Origin: Botryllus schlosseri
Taxonomy: Eukaryota
Direction: 5' to 3'
Assembly: GCA_051294905.1 (NCBI GenBank)
Contig: CM119386.1
Coordinates: 2,728,001-2,792,000 of the forward strand
Length of the DNA: 64,000 bases
Position 1 is the stretch's first letter; each line of letters begins with the position of its first letter. Below the pieces are notes generated by a model. That model was not told where the DNA came from, did not search any database, and was given only the letters and a program-made list of their open reading frames with translations. This document shows, piece after piece, positions 1 to 13,766 of this stretch. The position numbers and the translations under genes are program-made.

Positions 1-1028
1 ATGCTATTAACGATTCACTATGTAGTTGGAGTAACAATACTACTCCCATTTGAATGATTTTGGTTCCGTTATACCAACAAAGCAGTGCTGGGGAAAATGT
101 GATTGTGCAATAAACGATTTTCAAGTTCAAAGTAGGTGGTTCTGTGAACATTTATTCATTAACATACCTGTCTGGTAGCGTATCCGCAACAAAGTCTACA
201 GAACAGTACAGCTCAAATTCAGCATTTGCAAAGGAACTAGGCTGGTTCATGAATGGCCTGTTTGGATCTCGATTTTGTTAGGATTAGACGCGACAAGGAT
301 GTTGGAACACAGACAGAGACGTTTCAAATAGGGAAGTCTCCGATCTTACTACATGATTGATTGAGGTGTCAAATTACGTTGCCTTATTGCTGCCACGAAA
401 AATCATTTAGCAACAGCTCAATTCATGCGGCGGGAAACATGTCCCCGACATCAATGTAGACTAGACAATGACGGTTAGTTTTTGCGATACAGTTAAAGGA
501 ACGCAAAAAGACCAACACCGGCAGACTATTTCTTACAAGATTTTCTTACCAAATGCTAAATTGGGACATAGCAGACCAGCGAAGGCAAAGTCACAAATTC
601 AAAAGCACAATTGCCAGTTGACGTTATTGAAAGTCGAATGAGACGGCAATCATTTGGCCGAGACATTACAAGGCTTGGACATCAATGTTGCGCTGAGTAA
701 GTTGACAATACTTGGCGCGGATCTAAATTCCAAGGCAAGTTGCTGACAACCAATTAAGCAGGAGAGAAGAGAAGAAATATTTTCAGAAGCATGTAGATTT
801 GTTGGTATGCACCGATTCAGTGTCTATCATTCTACTGGCAATCTGCAATCAAACAAGATACTCAGTTTCACAAAGAGCCAGAAGTGCGGTCACAAATATT
901 CTTGACTTACGTCATCTGAATGCCAACGTATACTGAGATTACCATGAACAACCAAACAAGATGTCAGCGTGGAATCCGTGTGATGAAAGCGGGAAAACTA
1001 GCAGGAAGTAACAACACAGAAATCTCAC

Positions 1029-1153
1029 TTGAATATTTTGTGTATCGGTCGCACAAGTGAAATGCGAATAGATTTCCTTTGTGTCGGGATGGCCGTTCAA
1101 ATTCTCGAATTGCGCTCTGATGTAGTTGGCCGTTTCCATGAAAGTATTCCCAC
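1029..1153 (-). CDS. G-alpha exon 8
   Basis: cttacag|(G)[41 protein letters not shown]|gtgaga; phase 1->0. Confidence 0.92.
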
Positions 1154-4100
1154 CTGTAAGAAAACAATTCATGGCAATCATTCACAGAGCCAAGTATGCC
1201 CTTAATTAGGTTGCCCTGCAAAAAAAATTCACTTTGCATTTGCGAGCTGTTAATTAGCACCTCATCAGTACCAATTGCCTCATGGGAAAGGACTGATTTT
1301 CTGTAATATGTGTCGTAATAATGTGGGAAAATCCAACAAACAATTCACAACAGTGCAATCACCGTCGGTGGACTAACCAATGTACTAGGATTGAAATACT
1401 TTGCAAATAGCCAATAGCCAAGACCAATCCTAGCGTTTCAGATAATTTCAAACGACTGCTATTTTCAAATTGCCATAGCAGAACCAATACAACTAAGGCT
1501 GGACATCAATAGAAGAAAAAATATGGTCGGCTGGCTTGTCATCAAACATGATTGATTGATTGCAGTAATAATTTATTATTGTAACATCGCACTAGAACCA
1601 ATTGCCATGAAAGAAATTGTTACAGAGTCGATAGCATAATCACAGATGAAGTTCGTCATAACTTGAAAATTCTAATCTTGCTCCAAGTGAGATCTGTCAG
1701 GTATTCTCCAAGTTCAAGCCAAGTCACTGGTATTGATGGTATGTTATCACCATTCCGCTAGTATGGAACGAAAAGCTATACTGAGCTTTGTTGGTTTTAT
1801 GATTTTTCAACAGCGTGCGATCCAGCAGCTTGTAGTCCGATCTTGTCGACGTGAATTTACTTTCACGTTGTGTCATAAATTAGTCTACTTTATGAGCTGC
1901 ATCGTTGCCGTTTCGAATTTTTCTAAAACACGTGAAGTTTTAGCTCGCAAATGGCGATGCCAAAAAGAAGTCACGGGAGGCTTTTGCGCCTAATAAAGGT
2001 GTAACACTGTTTGTGAGACATGGTGTCATGCTTTTACAATTGAATAGCTTTTACAATTAGATACTGTTATGTGCAAGGTATTTCACACAGAGATCGTGAT
2101 GGCACAGGAGCCAAAAAACTGTCCGTGATGCTAACTACTGATGTCGTCAATTCAAGATGGATAACTGGGGTTCAGGTGGTCCTCTACGGCTGTCTGCCAG
2201 CTCAAGAATATGTACAGCAAATAGGTTGAGCAGTCCTGGGTTAGTCCATACAGACTAGCCTCTATTTCTGTAATGTATTTTTTCAGTCAAGCTGTAGCAT
2301 TAGTGCATTGTAATGATGATCATTCTCAAATGAGGCTACTGGATTCTGCACAACATACACAATGAATTGATCAATCTTTATCAGCATACTTTATATTGCT
2401 GATGAGTCAGTCATAAGTCCCAAAGCAGAAATTGCATTGTAATAATAATTTCGTTAAGCTATGAATAAGGTAACATATAGCCTAATTGAGTCAAAGTATA
2501 GGGAAAGAATTTATTGGACTTTCCATCAACGCAACTACATCATACTTCCTATATCACCCTCAGCTGTTCTTCTTACATATCCATTGGAATCAGCATTAAG
2601 TAATAACAGAGTCACTAAATTGCGTAAATATGGCTGCTTACAATCTAGAAATAATAATGATTGGTGTATCGCATTAGTCAATTGATTTTTACAGTATTTT
2701 CAGCTTTTACTACATAAATGAAGGATTCAATCAGGCCTAGCTCAAAAGAACTATAGCGTAGAATTCATGCTAATATAGGAATCAATGCTTAGGCCTATAC
2801 AGTGTGGCATGTTATTAAATGCGAAAGATAAAATTAGTAAAATAAAAAGAATATCGTCCAATTGGGAAACAGACACTGTGGAAGTGGATACAGAATTCAG
2901 ATCAAATATGCCATCACTACCAACTCACCAGTATACTCTGGGAAGCAAATTGTGATTGGAGATTTACGGATTTTTTCCGTAAAGATGTCTTTTTTATTTA
3001 GAAAGAGAACCATAGAAGTCCTCGTAAACCACGTGTTGTTGCACATAGAATCGAAGAGATTCAACGATTCCTTCATTCGGTTGACTTCCTCGTCTTCTCG
3101 CAAAACCTATTGCCAAAAAAAAACGTATCCATTCAATCCAGGAAAAAATTGCAGAAAATAGCAACGGTTTACATGTCAATTGGCAGATAGCATCCATGGT
3201 TAAGTCCATCTACCAACTTTTTTTGGTGATCCATGTGTGTTGACTAGACTGCTATATATGCCAGTGGTTCTCAAACTTTCCATAGTGCGACTCAAATATG
3301 AGCATACTACCACCTGGTGACCCAAGCCTCACACATCAAAAATAATACATACCGGTATCGAATATTAGCATGCTATGATCTTATGGTCATCTATAAAATA
3401 AACCTATCACCAACCAGCAGCAGTACGTTCCACAGTGATTCATTTATTCATCTTATTGATCCAATGCCAGTAATGCTACTGAAATCTCTCCATCGTATTT
3501 TTAATACGACTCTGAGCGTGCACCAATGCTTTCCTACCTTTCAAGTCATGGGCTTCTTGCAGAAAATTTTAAAGGTCATGGAACCCTCAATCATTGAAAT
3601 CGATTTACAAAACCACGCATCGAACAACAACATCCCCCCTTAGCATGCGAAAAGTTGCTATTCACAATGACATTTTAAATTCCATGATAATTAAGGACAA
3701 TGCTCATGAATTTCACCACGATTATGGTAGGTCTCCCTGTAAAGTTACTCAAAGTGTTCCCCAGGATGGTTTTTGTCCTTCATCTAGCTATGTGGTCGTT
3801 CAACCGTTGCAAGACGATCCATGTTTGTCTGTTTCATCTCTCCCTACATTCGCACTGGTTTAACCGCATTCATTGGAGATATTACAATATTGAGTTTCAA
3901 ACATCAAAATATATAGCGCACCAGACTGCACTTGCTCAAATGCTCCCATTATGTATATATTTGTCTGTTATTCTCATTAGATAATCCAAATCTGCATAAT
4001 TATTCATTGATCTTTAATAAGATCATGAAGGCTACCCAACATTAGGGACAGAACAAATCTTCCTAATACGAATTAGCTTGAGCTCAACTACCAAAACAAA

Positions 4101-7100
4101 ATCCTCAGCGAGGGTGTATCTTACCAAATCATAGCCGCTCAATGCAACTGTGAACATGATGGCCGTCACAGACTCGAAACAGTGAATCCATTTTCGTCGT
4201 TCCGTGCGTTGTCCTCCGACGTCCACCAATAGAAAATTAATATCTTTGAAGCTAAAGCTGCGTTGGAAGAAACACAATTGAGAGCGATGTGATACTAGAC
4301 TGAGACAATTTGCCAAGGAGAGTGCAAAAGACACTAGTAGACAAACGAGTCATTCTCCAAGTAGAAGTAGTAGCATGAATCAAAAGAACTAGCTCGGCTA
4401 TATTAGTTACTTGTTTTTCAAGGAAGTTTGTAAGTAATGCAAACAGACCTGGTAAACCAATAGTAATATCAGGAATAAGGATCGATATTAGTCAAAGAGT
4501 ATGTGAAAGATTATAACAAGTCGTTTCCAAAGTACAAACACGAATCAAAACAACTTGGCTGTTAATATGATACACATGTTGAAATTTTTCAAATAGAAGT
4601 GTGAAAGTAGCTTTAGAACGAACACGTCGAACACTGGTCAACTAACAGTAGGGCCTACTACCAGGAAGCATATCAGTCACCAACGATTGCAATTGTAAAA
4701 TATATGGTATGACGACATGCTGTGACACACCCCTGTATTTCAAGTGTTCAATAAATGATACACTATAATATACAGTATAAGGAATACCCTATGTCTTGTT
4801 TCACACTATTATCATGTCCAACAATCAGTTATACACAAAAACAAACCAGGACAGTGATCGGATATTATGATATCGCTATATCATCAACATGATGTCTTTG
4901 GACGGCAAAACCAGTAGCTATGATGACGTCAAATGGAAATTTACACCCCACTTACAAATACTCCAGTAGGAATCTATCTCGATATTGCTGTTGTAATCGT
5001 CTTTTCATGATTGTAAATAACACTATTTGAAATATCACCTGCAGGCATTATTTGTTGGTATTTATAGACTGCTTTTATCTGGAGTATGTGACGTAACCAA
5101 GAAATGACTCTTAAAAACATGATACGAGATTTATATTGTAGATAATCACGCTTTTGATCTGGTCTCAAAAACAAATTGGTCATCTGGAGAAAGGATATCT
5201 CTGTTCAGCAGAAAAACACCTGCTCTAAAAACCCCTTCAATCGAAAGCTCATTGATGGATTGGTACGCTCATCAATATGAAAATTGCACGAGGAAGACGA
5301 TCATAGTACAATGTGAGAAGGAATACTCCATAACTTCAGTTGCTCGTTTGCCTAACTGTGTCGAGGGTCATGAGATGATTTGACATGTTTGTAACATAAA
5401 GCGTGAAATGCGGAAATGCATGAAGTAGATATAGACGATAATGCCTATTTACAAGGCATTGCACAGTGCATAGAAAATAGTTACAAGCTTAATAGTTTTG
5501 CACTATTCAATCATGTTTGTGCAACAATAGTCACATAGGCATACGGAATCAATCTAGACGTAAACTCTTGTGAATTTCCAATTACCTTGATTTCGAATGT
5601 TTTTAAATGGGCTTACCATCAAGAAAAATTCAGAATCTAACCATTTTGTTGAATTATGTCAAAAAAATAATTGATGTGTAATTTTTCGAAACGCAATCCA
5701 GATTCTGGATTCAAAATTTTCAATACAATGCATTCCAATATAGAATTTTTATGTGATTCTTTCGTTAGAATAAGTAACGTTACTAGTACTACGGTATACA
5801 GAATGATATGTGGTAAGTAAAGATTTAGTGTGATCGGATATGTGGTGTAATGTTAACTAATGCCTCTGGTACTAAAAGTAAGATAGATGGGTGACCTTCA
5901 TCAATCTATTTGATTCGTTCATAATTGTTGCTTTTTTGTAGCAGTTTGCATTGCTTTACTAGGAATCTTGTGAAATTCTGACATTTGTAGCAAGTCTCGA
6001 GCATCCATTGGTTATGTCATCAGCATCGCACCATCAATAAAATGTTTTAGATCTACAGTGCTCTAATTCGCAGCCTGCATGCCACACATTCTCCTCTTGT
6101 ATTGGTGACACAATTTGGGAACAAACATCGCATGCAATGATTCAAAGCGCATCGTTGCAATACACATCCTGGATTGGCGTTCTGGCATGTAAAACAGACA
6201 CCACACCTACATGAGATGGCCTCAGTTCTGTTCTGGCATGTAAAACAAACACAGCCCACCCGAGATGGCCACCATAACCACTCTAACCACCAACGGTTCA
6301 TCACAACAACAGAGCTTCATATTGCCGCAATCTCACTTGATTTCGATAATGCCAGTGGTCTTCACTCGCGTTCTCAGTATGTCCTGTTCGGAGGGAACGT
6401 AGGACAGCGCTGAAATGCGGTCTATGTCATCCAGATAATACTTCGCAGAATCGTCCAGTTGAAATTCCCTCGACCTCGAGTAACACTCCTGCGGAAATAA
6501 GGTGGCTCTTGATTGTGGTGCAATTTTTCACGTCACGTTCCTCACACCAGCGACGGAGTAGGAATAGTCCGGCCCATTGAAAACCCGGAATGAATCAATT
6601 ATTTGTGAATATACAACATGTTTCCGAAACGTATTATTGCAAGGCTACTCAACTATTTGAAGCAAAGGCCCATAAACAACAGATTAAAATTTGCTCAAGT
6701 TTGTTACAACTTTCATGAAATATTTTACAGTCAAACAAATGTAAAAAGGTATAGGTATATTAGCAAAATGCATTTATTGTTCTGTACTGTTGAGCTGAAA
6801 AGAAAGAATAGGAACACTGCACTTTGTTTTTGCAAATCAACGACAAAGGATTTGGTTTTGTTAAAAAACAAAGTCAATCAATACCAAGACAGAATATCAT
6901 ATTTTGCTTTAGCTGTTTGATGCGAAAAATTGCTATTACTCCCACTTGTGACATGTTAGAAATATTAGGGTATAATCGAGTTCACATCTGTGAATTATGG
7001 TTGTTTCAACCACGTCTTGCTAATTGAGTACACACTTTTGATACACAACTCGCACAACCGATCACTGAAAGCAAAACAACAAGATAGGACAGCGCCATGG

Positions 7101-10100
7101 CATGCTGATGTATGCATGACTATAGAAAGGATCAATTCAATTATCCGGAGGCAAAGTATTGTAATTTGATAATACTTTCACTACGCAGCCCTCAGGCAAC
7201 GGCACAAGGCCAATTTCCTTTCACAGTGCATCCTTGTATTTCCACAACACTTTCAGAATGAGGCTAGCTAGCATTTGACGGCTGTATTATATACGATAAA
7301 ATCACACATAAAGATTTGACTATTTTCCTACACCGATTAAGATTGGGATTTGACGATACCTCTAGCCTCAAGCCAAGAGTTGAATTATGGTTAAGTCACG
7401 CTGCACTGGTCTTTGTGGTGTTTTTGTTGATTTTTGATGAATTTAAACCATGATGTCTGCGAAGCAGTGTGTAGGCTGGCTCCAAATGGTAATAGAGTGC
7501 ACCAAGAAGTTCGAATCTAATCCAATTTCCCAAATTCTACTGGGACTGGTAAGAAATATATCGGTGGTTCACATCTGGCAAAAATCTGTCATATAAGTCC
7601 TATAATATGATTGCATGCGAGACAGACGTAGTAGTAGATGACAAGTAGGCCAACAAGTGAAGAAAATTTTCTACGGATACGAAACAACTAAAATATATTT
7701 GAAACTGGATAAACCCAAAATGTTGCTTGCAAGTAACCGAAGTACGGTACGGATTGCGTCAGACGTTCCACAGTAATGTCAGTAAATTCCCTATCCGTAC
7801 TCATTACAAAATAATACATATGTTCAGTCCAGTAACCCCAACTGCAGAGACAATGAGGCTACTTATTGATGAACAGATTTTCACAGATTGATCCAGACAT
7901 ACAGATTCAGTACACAATGATTGCGGGTATTTTCAAACACTACATTATCAATGAAAAGTGGACATCATCGATCTTAAGAAATGGGCAAGGATCCCTTGAA
8001 AAAATTCAGCACCTCTCCTCTGGAAGTCAACACGCCCATTACTCGGCAATTAAATAGATGACACGTGAGCAGCAGCAAACGGTTAAAAGTCTACAGTAGC
8101 TCGTGCTGTGTAACTTGAAAATGAAACGCTTGAAATAATCCATGAAAACCTAGTTGCCACGAAAGTAATTCATGAAAATAGTCATACTGAACAAGAAACG
8201 TAAATCACATAGGATCAAGGTGGAATCGGCGTATCCCGGACAAAGTTTAGATAAAGCAAACGTTGTATTTCCCGCACGAAACTCGTTTCCACTGCAATTA
8301 TGCGGCTCGAAACGCGACTATCTAACGGCGATCAAATTGCAAATTATATATTCCTTCTCGTGGAACCACAATAATTCCTAAACCAGTCGCGCATCCTATA
8401 AAATATTCACTATAAAATTGCGAATGCTGATCGATTAACATTGAACGACGTAACCTCATTCCGTGTACATAACCGGGAGGCGCAATTGAAAACAATTGAA
8501 CGGAAATCGCTGTATACCTGAATTCCAGCGTCAAGCCACAAAACTTTCAATAATTCCGCCATGTCTTGCGTTATTTCTTCCACTAGCGGAGTGGCCATCG
8601 CTACGACTTTTTGAGCTCGTATCTGCAAGTTAGAAGCAAATAGGGTTAGGAGAAACACTTCACAAATGAGTACACAAATTGAAATGAGTGTATAATTATC
8701 ATCTGAATGACATCTCAACATGCTTACACATGAGATCTAACTTTTAATGACTTATCAGTTTCTTGGCCCGACATTCACTATTCACACAAGGGAGTTGACA
8801 CTTGACAGGATCTCATTAATTTTTAAGTCAAATGAACGAATTTAGTATTTGTCACAAGGTGAGTTTTCACTCATCTGAACTGAATTATTTGTGAACTGAA
8901 CGAGCCGCCATTAGCATGATTCATTGAGTTGATTCCTGCCAATTATATTGCGCACTGATTATTACGTTTTCGAAAGTGTAAGAATGGAAATTGCTAGCCA
9001 TATGCTTTGAAGGAATTGACCCGTTTCTATTAAACAAAGATTCGACCAAGACATGAACTATGAACCGTTAACTAACTACACACGTGCGTTGTACGACGTG
9101 CAGGTGACGGCGTGACGCAACTCACAACTTTGAGTTCATCGTGTTTGCAATTAAAGTGCAACTCGCATGTCCGAATTTTCAAAAATCTATTGCAGACAAA
9201 TATGAAATTTGAATATGAACTGCCGCAATCTGTTGGTGCAGTTTAGCTACAGCCTCTCAAAACTACAGAACAGATCATTTTTCTAAAAATCTATGTAGGC
9301 TATTGGCTATGCATTACATGCTAATTCGTTTTGTGTGGGACTTTGCCAGGCATGCAATTCAAATCAAATCCCACCAAAGGAGGAAATATTACAAGATATT
9401 GTAGTGTATCTCATGTTATTCCTTAGTTAAATAAGTAAGAGAGCATACATATCAACAAGAGTTGAATTGCAGCTGAGAGTGCTTCAACAAGTTTTCAGCT
9501 AGCTCCCAATAATGGATTATGAGTCGTATTATAAAACAGTTTTCTGATTATAACCCACAAGAAATGTGCATGTGTGGGTTTGTGATACATTATTCCTTCT
9601 ATAGAACACACTAGTAAAACATGACCGAACCTGTTGGAAACGTTAACAAACCAAGTTATCTCTTTCAAACTCCATCATTTGACAGAACATGAAATGTTAA
9701 CACCCTTTTTTGAGTGCAAGTGAGATGTCGTTACAATTGGTTAGCTTTCAAGTTCGGAGAGGCAAAGTCCATGTTTCCTAATTAGTTTTAAAAAATGATA
9801 AGAAAAGCTGTTAACAATGTAAGGATGCCAACTTAATCAAGAGTGACGACCTTTCAAAATACGATTTGACACTTTTAAATGTTACATCTGGGCCACTAAC
9901 GATGATTGTCACTATACTATGGCCGTAATGATGTTGGTGTGATCTGTAGTGAACATGCGTTCGACAGCCTGGTCGAATAAATCCTGCTGTATGAGCAATA
10001 ACTAATGAAAAGCGTCCAATTTTGAGTGGTTTAGGTTCTCAATAACTGGAGATTTTTGAATTGACTTTAGACACGGATTGATGTGAGCATGTGGTTTTGA

Positions 10101-13100
10101 TGAAGATAAAGCCAATAAAAAAGAACTAAATCCCAACTATTAATTCAAGCACACTCGTCTTATTTTTGCACCCCAGCACATCTCGCGTTATTTTGTGAGA
10201 TATTTTGTCATTACCTCGTTCTCTGGCTGTCCGAACGTAATACCGAGCAAAGACATGGCCTTGATCAGCGTAGTCGCAGCTGTTACCACATTTCCATGAA
10301 CAACAGACCTGGAGTCAGAGTAAGCAGCAAGTTAGGAATACTTTCATTGACGAAAACGCCAACAAATATAAGTGTGTTTATCCCCGTTAACCTTTTCAAC
10401 GTAAACAAGCTTGGGTGTTCTTGTAGATATGCATCATATATTAAAATGACGAATTTATAACTTCTGAAAACGCCCATGTTCAAATTAGCGAAATCAACAT
10501 CCATGTTACAACGGATTAGATGACACACTATAATCAATTTAATCACACATAATAGTCAATGCCCAAAGTCTTGCTTCAGGAAAAGTCTTTATTACAACCA
10601 TGCACAAATCGAATTAGGACCATAATCTCTTAATACTATTATAAATACTATTATAATGCCAGTATAACTAGAGTGCCAAGTCACTGTATAACTAAGTACA
10701 CCAGCCAATTACAATTCAACATGTAACCTTGACTTGTCAGAATTATCGCACTGGCTACAAATGGAAAAGTAGCCTATCCCCCAAGATACATGACTGGTAA
10801 AAAGATTGATCTTAACGCCAAGAATTTCCAAAATAGAATGAAATCAAACTTCAGTGAAATTCTTAGAAATAAACCTTCTTCTGCCTAGATTTTCAAACTC
10901 ACCAGGGAAATCAAATTACCTGGCTCAGTCTTGCAATTCCGATTACCGACATTTCTTACTAAGAATGGCACAGTGACTGCACAAAAATCAGCTACCGGTA
11001 CTAATATAATGTGAATTCGAGGTAATAGAATTACGTTCTAATCCGAGCAAAAGCTTAAATCAATAAGTAGGTGCGTATTGTTAGCAATCAATAAAATTTC
11101 AAATTCTTCACAGCCTTCCAATACATGAAAGTTTTTCTTGTGTAGTATATTTACACTCAAGTTATTTGGTTCAACAGGAAAATGATTGTTTTATCCAAAA
11201 TACGCAGTGAAAGTCAGAAGAATGGAAACAAGGGACATGATATGACATTCATTTTAAAGAACCGGGATAGTTTTCCCAAAAACAGAGTACAGGGGTGCGT
11301 TCGATCATTGAAATTGCGTACTTGAATCTCATACGTTCTTCCTTGCTGTATCCATCTTTGTGCAATATAACCATTTGCTTCGCTATTGTGCTTTTACCAG
11401 ACTCCCCAGCACCGAGCAATAATAGTTTTATCTGCTCATTGTACGTCTGTGAAACAGTAACACAAATCGGATTAGTGATTATCGAATATTGCTAAGTCTC
11501 CTTTGGGAAAGAGCGAAGAAAATGGAATCCCCAATGAATTCTATTCCTCATTATCAATTCAAACCATTCATCGTCAGAAAGTTCAAGGTTTACTTTTGCC
11601 ATAACACCTGGAAATTCCATTTGAATAGGGGTAGTCTCTGGATAGTTGTCACGTAGGCAACAGTTGGAATCACTTGAGTTGAATACTTACTGCCAATAAG
11701 ATTAGTGACGCAACTAAACCGAAGTTGATCTCATAATATTTGATCAAGCGATTTGGCTTCAAAATAGTAGTAGAAAGAAAGCAAAAACTACTGCAATAAG
11801 TAACTGGTGCAGGTAGTAACATTCTACCCAGTACACAGAAATTGCAAAAGGACTTTCTCAGTAACAGGTGATATCATGAGAATTAAGTGGCATCAATACC
11901 TTAGTTCTCAAGTTGACATTAGTAAAATCAATTGAAATCTTAATCGGCATTGGTATGACTGTACAACATAATGAGAATGACCAAACAATTTAGGCTACTT
12001 GAAGATCGAAAACAGTGAAATTCTGGGGTGATGTACAATGACCAACATTTACCTAAGCTGGCGCAGTAGTTGTAGGCCTACATTTGAACTACCCTAAACA
12101 ATGTAATGGACGTACAAAATCTATTCACTGAAAAATTATGAATGAACAAATGTACCTGGTCTCCCGTCAGCTTTATTACATTCAAGGTAACAATCAGAAT
12201 GTTAAATAGGATCATTGATGGGGGGCGACTTAGAAAAAATGTCTTGAAAGAAATTGCCTTGGAAGTTTAGTTTTTTATTGCAATAAATATCCCAAAGACA
12301 GACAGACCAACATAACCAGTAGTCTAATGAAGTCCTAGGACAAGATTTAACCATGCCACCCAAATCAAAATACATATAAGTGCAATAACAACAATTATCA
12401 GCTCCATAATACATGGTGGGTCTTAGCTGCCAGTTAGCGTCAACATTGCTGCTGGTATGCCAAACATATTTCAATTCTACATCTCAATTGCATTATGCAA
12501 GAAGTAAAAGAGAAGAAGACATCAAATTTTAACCCGATTTGGAAATTTGAATATTTTTTTCGGCACAAATATAGAGTTGATTGTAAACTTGGGCCAAAAT
12601 GCTGCAAGTGATCCAGCAAATTAATTTGAAGCAATCTAGAACTTGTTATATGGTATATGCGAAAGCTAGGAAAAAATCTGACACAAAATTTAACAAGGTT
12701 CGACAGTACAGTTTGGTGACATTTAAACCCAAGAGTCAAAATCAAATATGTGGTACTACTATTGGACAAAAGAGGTAAAGTTTCTAGTAGACCAGAAAAT
12801 GATCATAGAGAATCAAATTAAACATATCCGCCAATGATGCACCGGGCGCTGGAGTGTCAGAGTTTAGTACATTGTAGTACCGGTATAGGATTTGTCTGAC
12901 TCCTCCATGTGATGGTTTACATGACCAAAGACTGGAAAAATATCTCCTCTATGCTCATGGTATACAGAAAGAGTCGAATTATTATTGAAAAGGAAACAGT
13001 TTCCAGACTTATCTTGTGGAGGCAACTGCTGACTGGGGAAACCGACCATAAAAGCAGTTGCAATTTTACCTGTACGGTATATGGATTTCAATGGCGATAA

Positions 13101-13766
13101 CAAACCAGATGCTACTCTATTGAAGCTAATGATGATACGCAGATAGGAAACTGGTTGCTATCAATAATGGCTGAGTTGAAAAATCAGGTCCGCAACACTA
13201 CAGCCTACGAGAAATTACGGTGCCCCAAACTAGTGCACATATCTCAATAATGCCGCCGCCGTTTATAAATGAATAGCTTAATGCTGTCGGCTAGGTTACA
13301 TCGTCCTTCACGGTCAATCCAAACAGGAATTAGTCAAGTCAAATTCCACAAGACGCATCATTGCTTTAGAGTAGTAATGGTTCCCTGTTAAAGATTTTTT
13401 CAACTTAGATTTCACCGACACTTCCTTACCAATAATTGTAGAGTATTTTCGCAAATTACAGTTAGTTGCATTAAAGAATACTCATGCTATCAAACTATCG
13501 TAATTGAATCATATTTAAAAATTACTAGGAAGCGAACTATTACATTCTATAACCATCAGAATACAAGTGGGACAATATCAAATATTTTGATTACTATATT
13601 CAGCCTTTATTACATTGACGCAGACACCGGCACATGTCTGCTTTAAACAGCAAAGTTACTATTACCAAGGGAAAGTATTTACCTTCATTTCTTCCTTCAG
13701 TTGGCGATCGATTTGCCGAGCCTTCTCATACGCCTCCTGGCTCTCCTTCGATCCACTGCAGCCCAT
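1029..13766 (-). CDS. Heterotrimeric G-protein alpha subunit, divergent Gi/o-like; spliced CDS (3' incomplete): join 13683-13766, 11322-11446, 10215-10308, 8518-8622, 6337-6488, 4125-4257, 2929-3106, 1029-1153
   Basis: Eight GT-AG exons with matching phases give 996 nt = 332 codons. Motifs: MGC N-terminus, G1 [10 protein letters not shown]2 [10 protein letters not shown]3 DVGGQR, G4 FLNKKD, G5 TCATDT. The last ~21 aa (alpha5 helix) were not located. Confidence 0.95.
2929..3106 (-). CDS. G-alpha exon 7
   Basis: gcaatag|[59 protein letters not shown](G)|gtgagt; phase 0->1. Confidence 0.95.
4125..4257 (-). CDS. G-alpha exon 6 (switch II)
   Basis: aacgcag|(N)[44 protein letters not shown]|gtaaga; phase 2->0. 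Confidence 0.95.
6337..6488 (-). CDS. G-alpha exon 5 (switch I)
   Basis: ttccgcag|[50 protein letters not shown](N)|gtgaga; phase 0->2. Confidence 0.95.
8518..8622 (-). CDS. G-alpha exon 4
   Basis: ttgcag|[35 protein letters not shown]|gtatac; phase 0->0. Confidence 0.9.
10215..10308 (-). CDS. G-alpha exon 3
   Basis: actccag|(K)[31 protein letters not shown]|gtaatg; phase 2->0. Confidence 0.9.
11322..11446 (-). CDS. G-alpha exon 2 (P-loop)
   Basis: ttcacag|[41 protein letters not shown](K)|gtacgc; phase 0->2. Confidence 0.93.
13683..13766 (-). CDS. G-alpha coding exon 1
   Basis: [31 protein letters not shown]|gtaaat; phase 0. Confidence 0.9.

Noticed and set aside
168-195. 28-nt segment with TAG acceptor and GTATG donor on the minus strand
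   Set aside because: The peptide (TLLRIRYQT) has no G-alpha similarity; signals of this quality occur by chance.
939-1028. Read-through of G-alpha exon 8 giving the tail [29 protein letters not shown]
   Set aside because: It starts at a good GTGAGA donor, has intron-like pyrimidine-rich composition and does not resemble an alpha5 helix.
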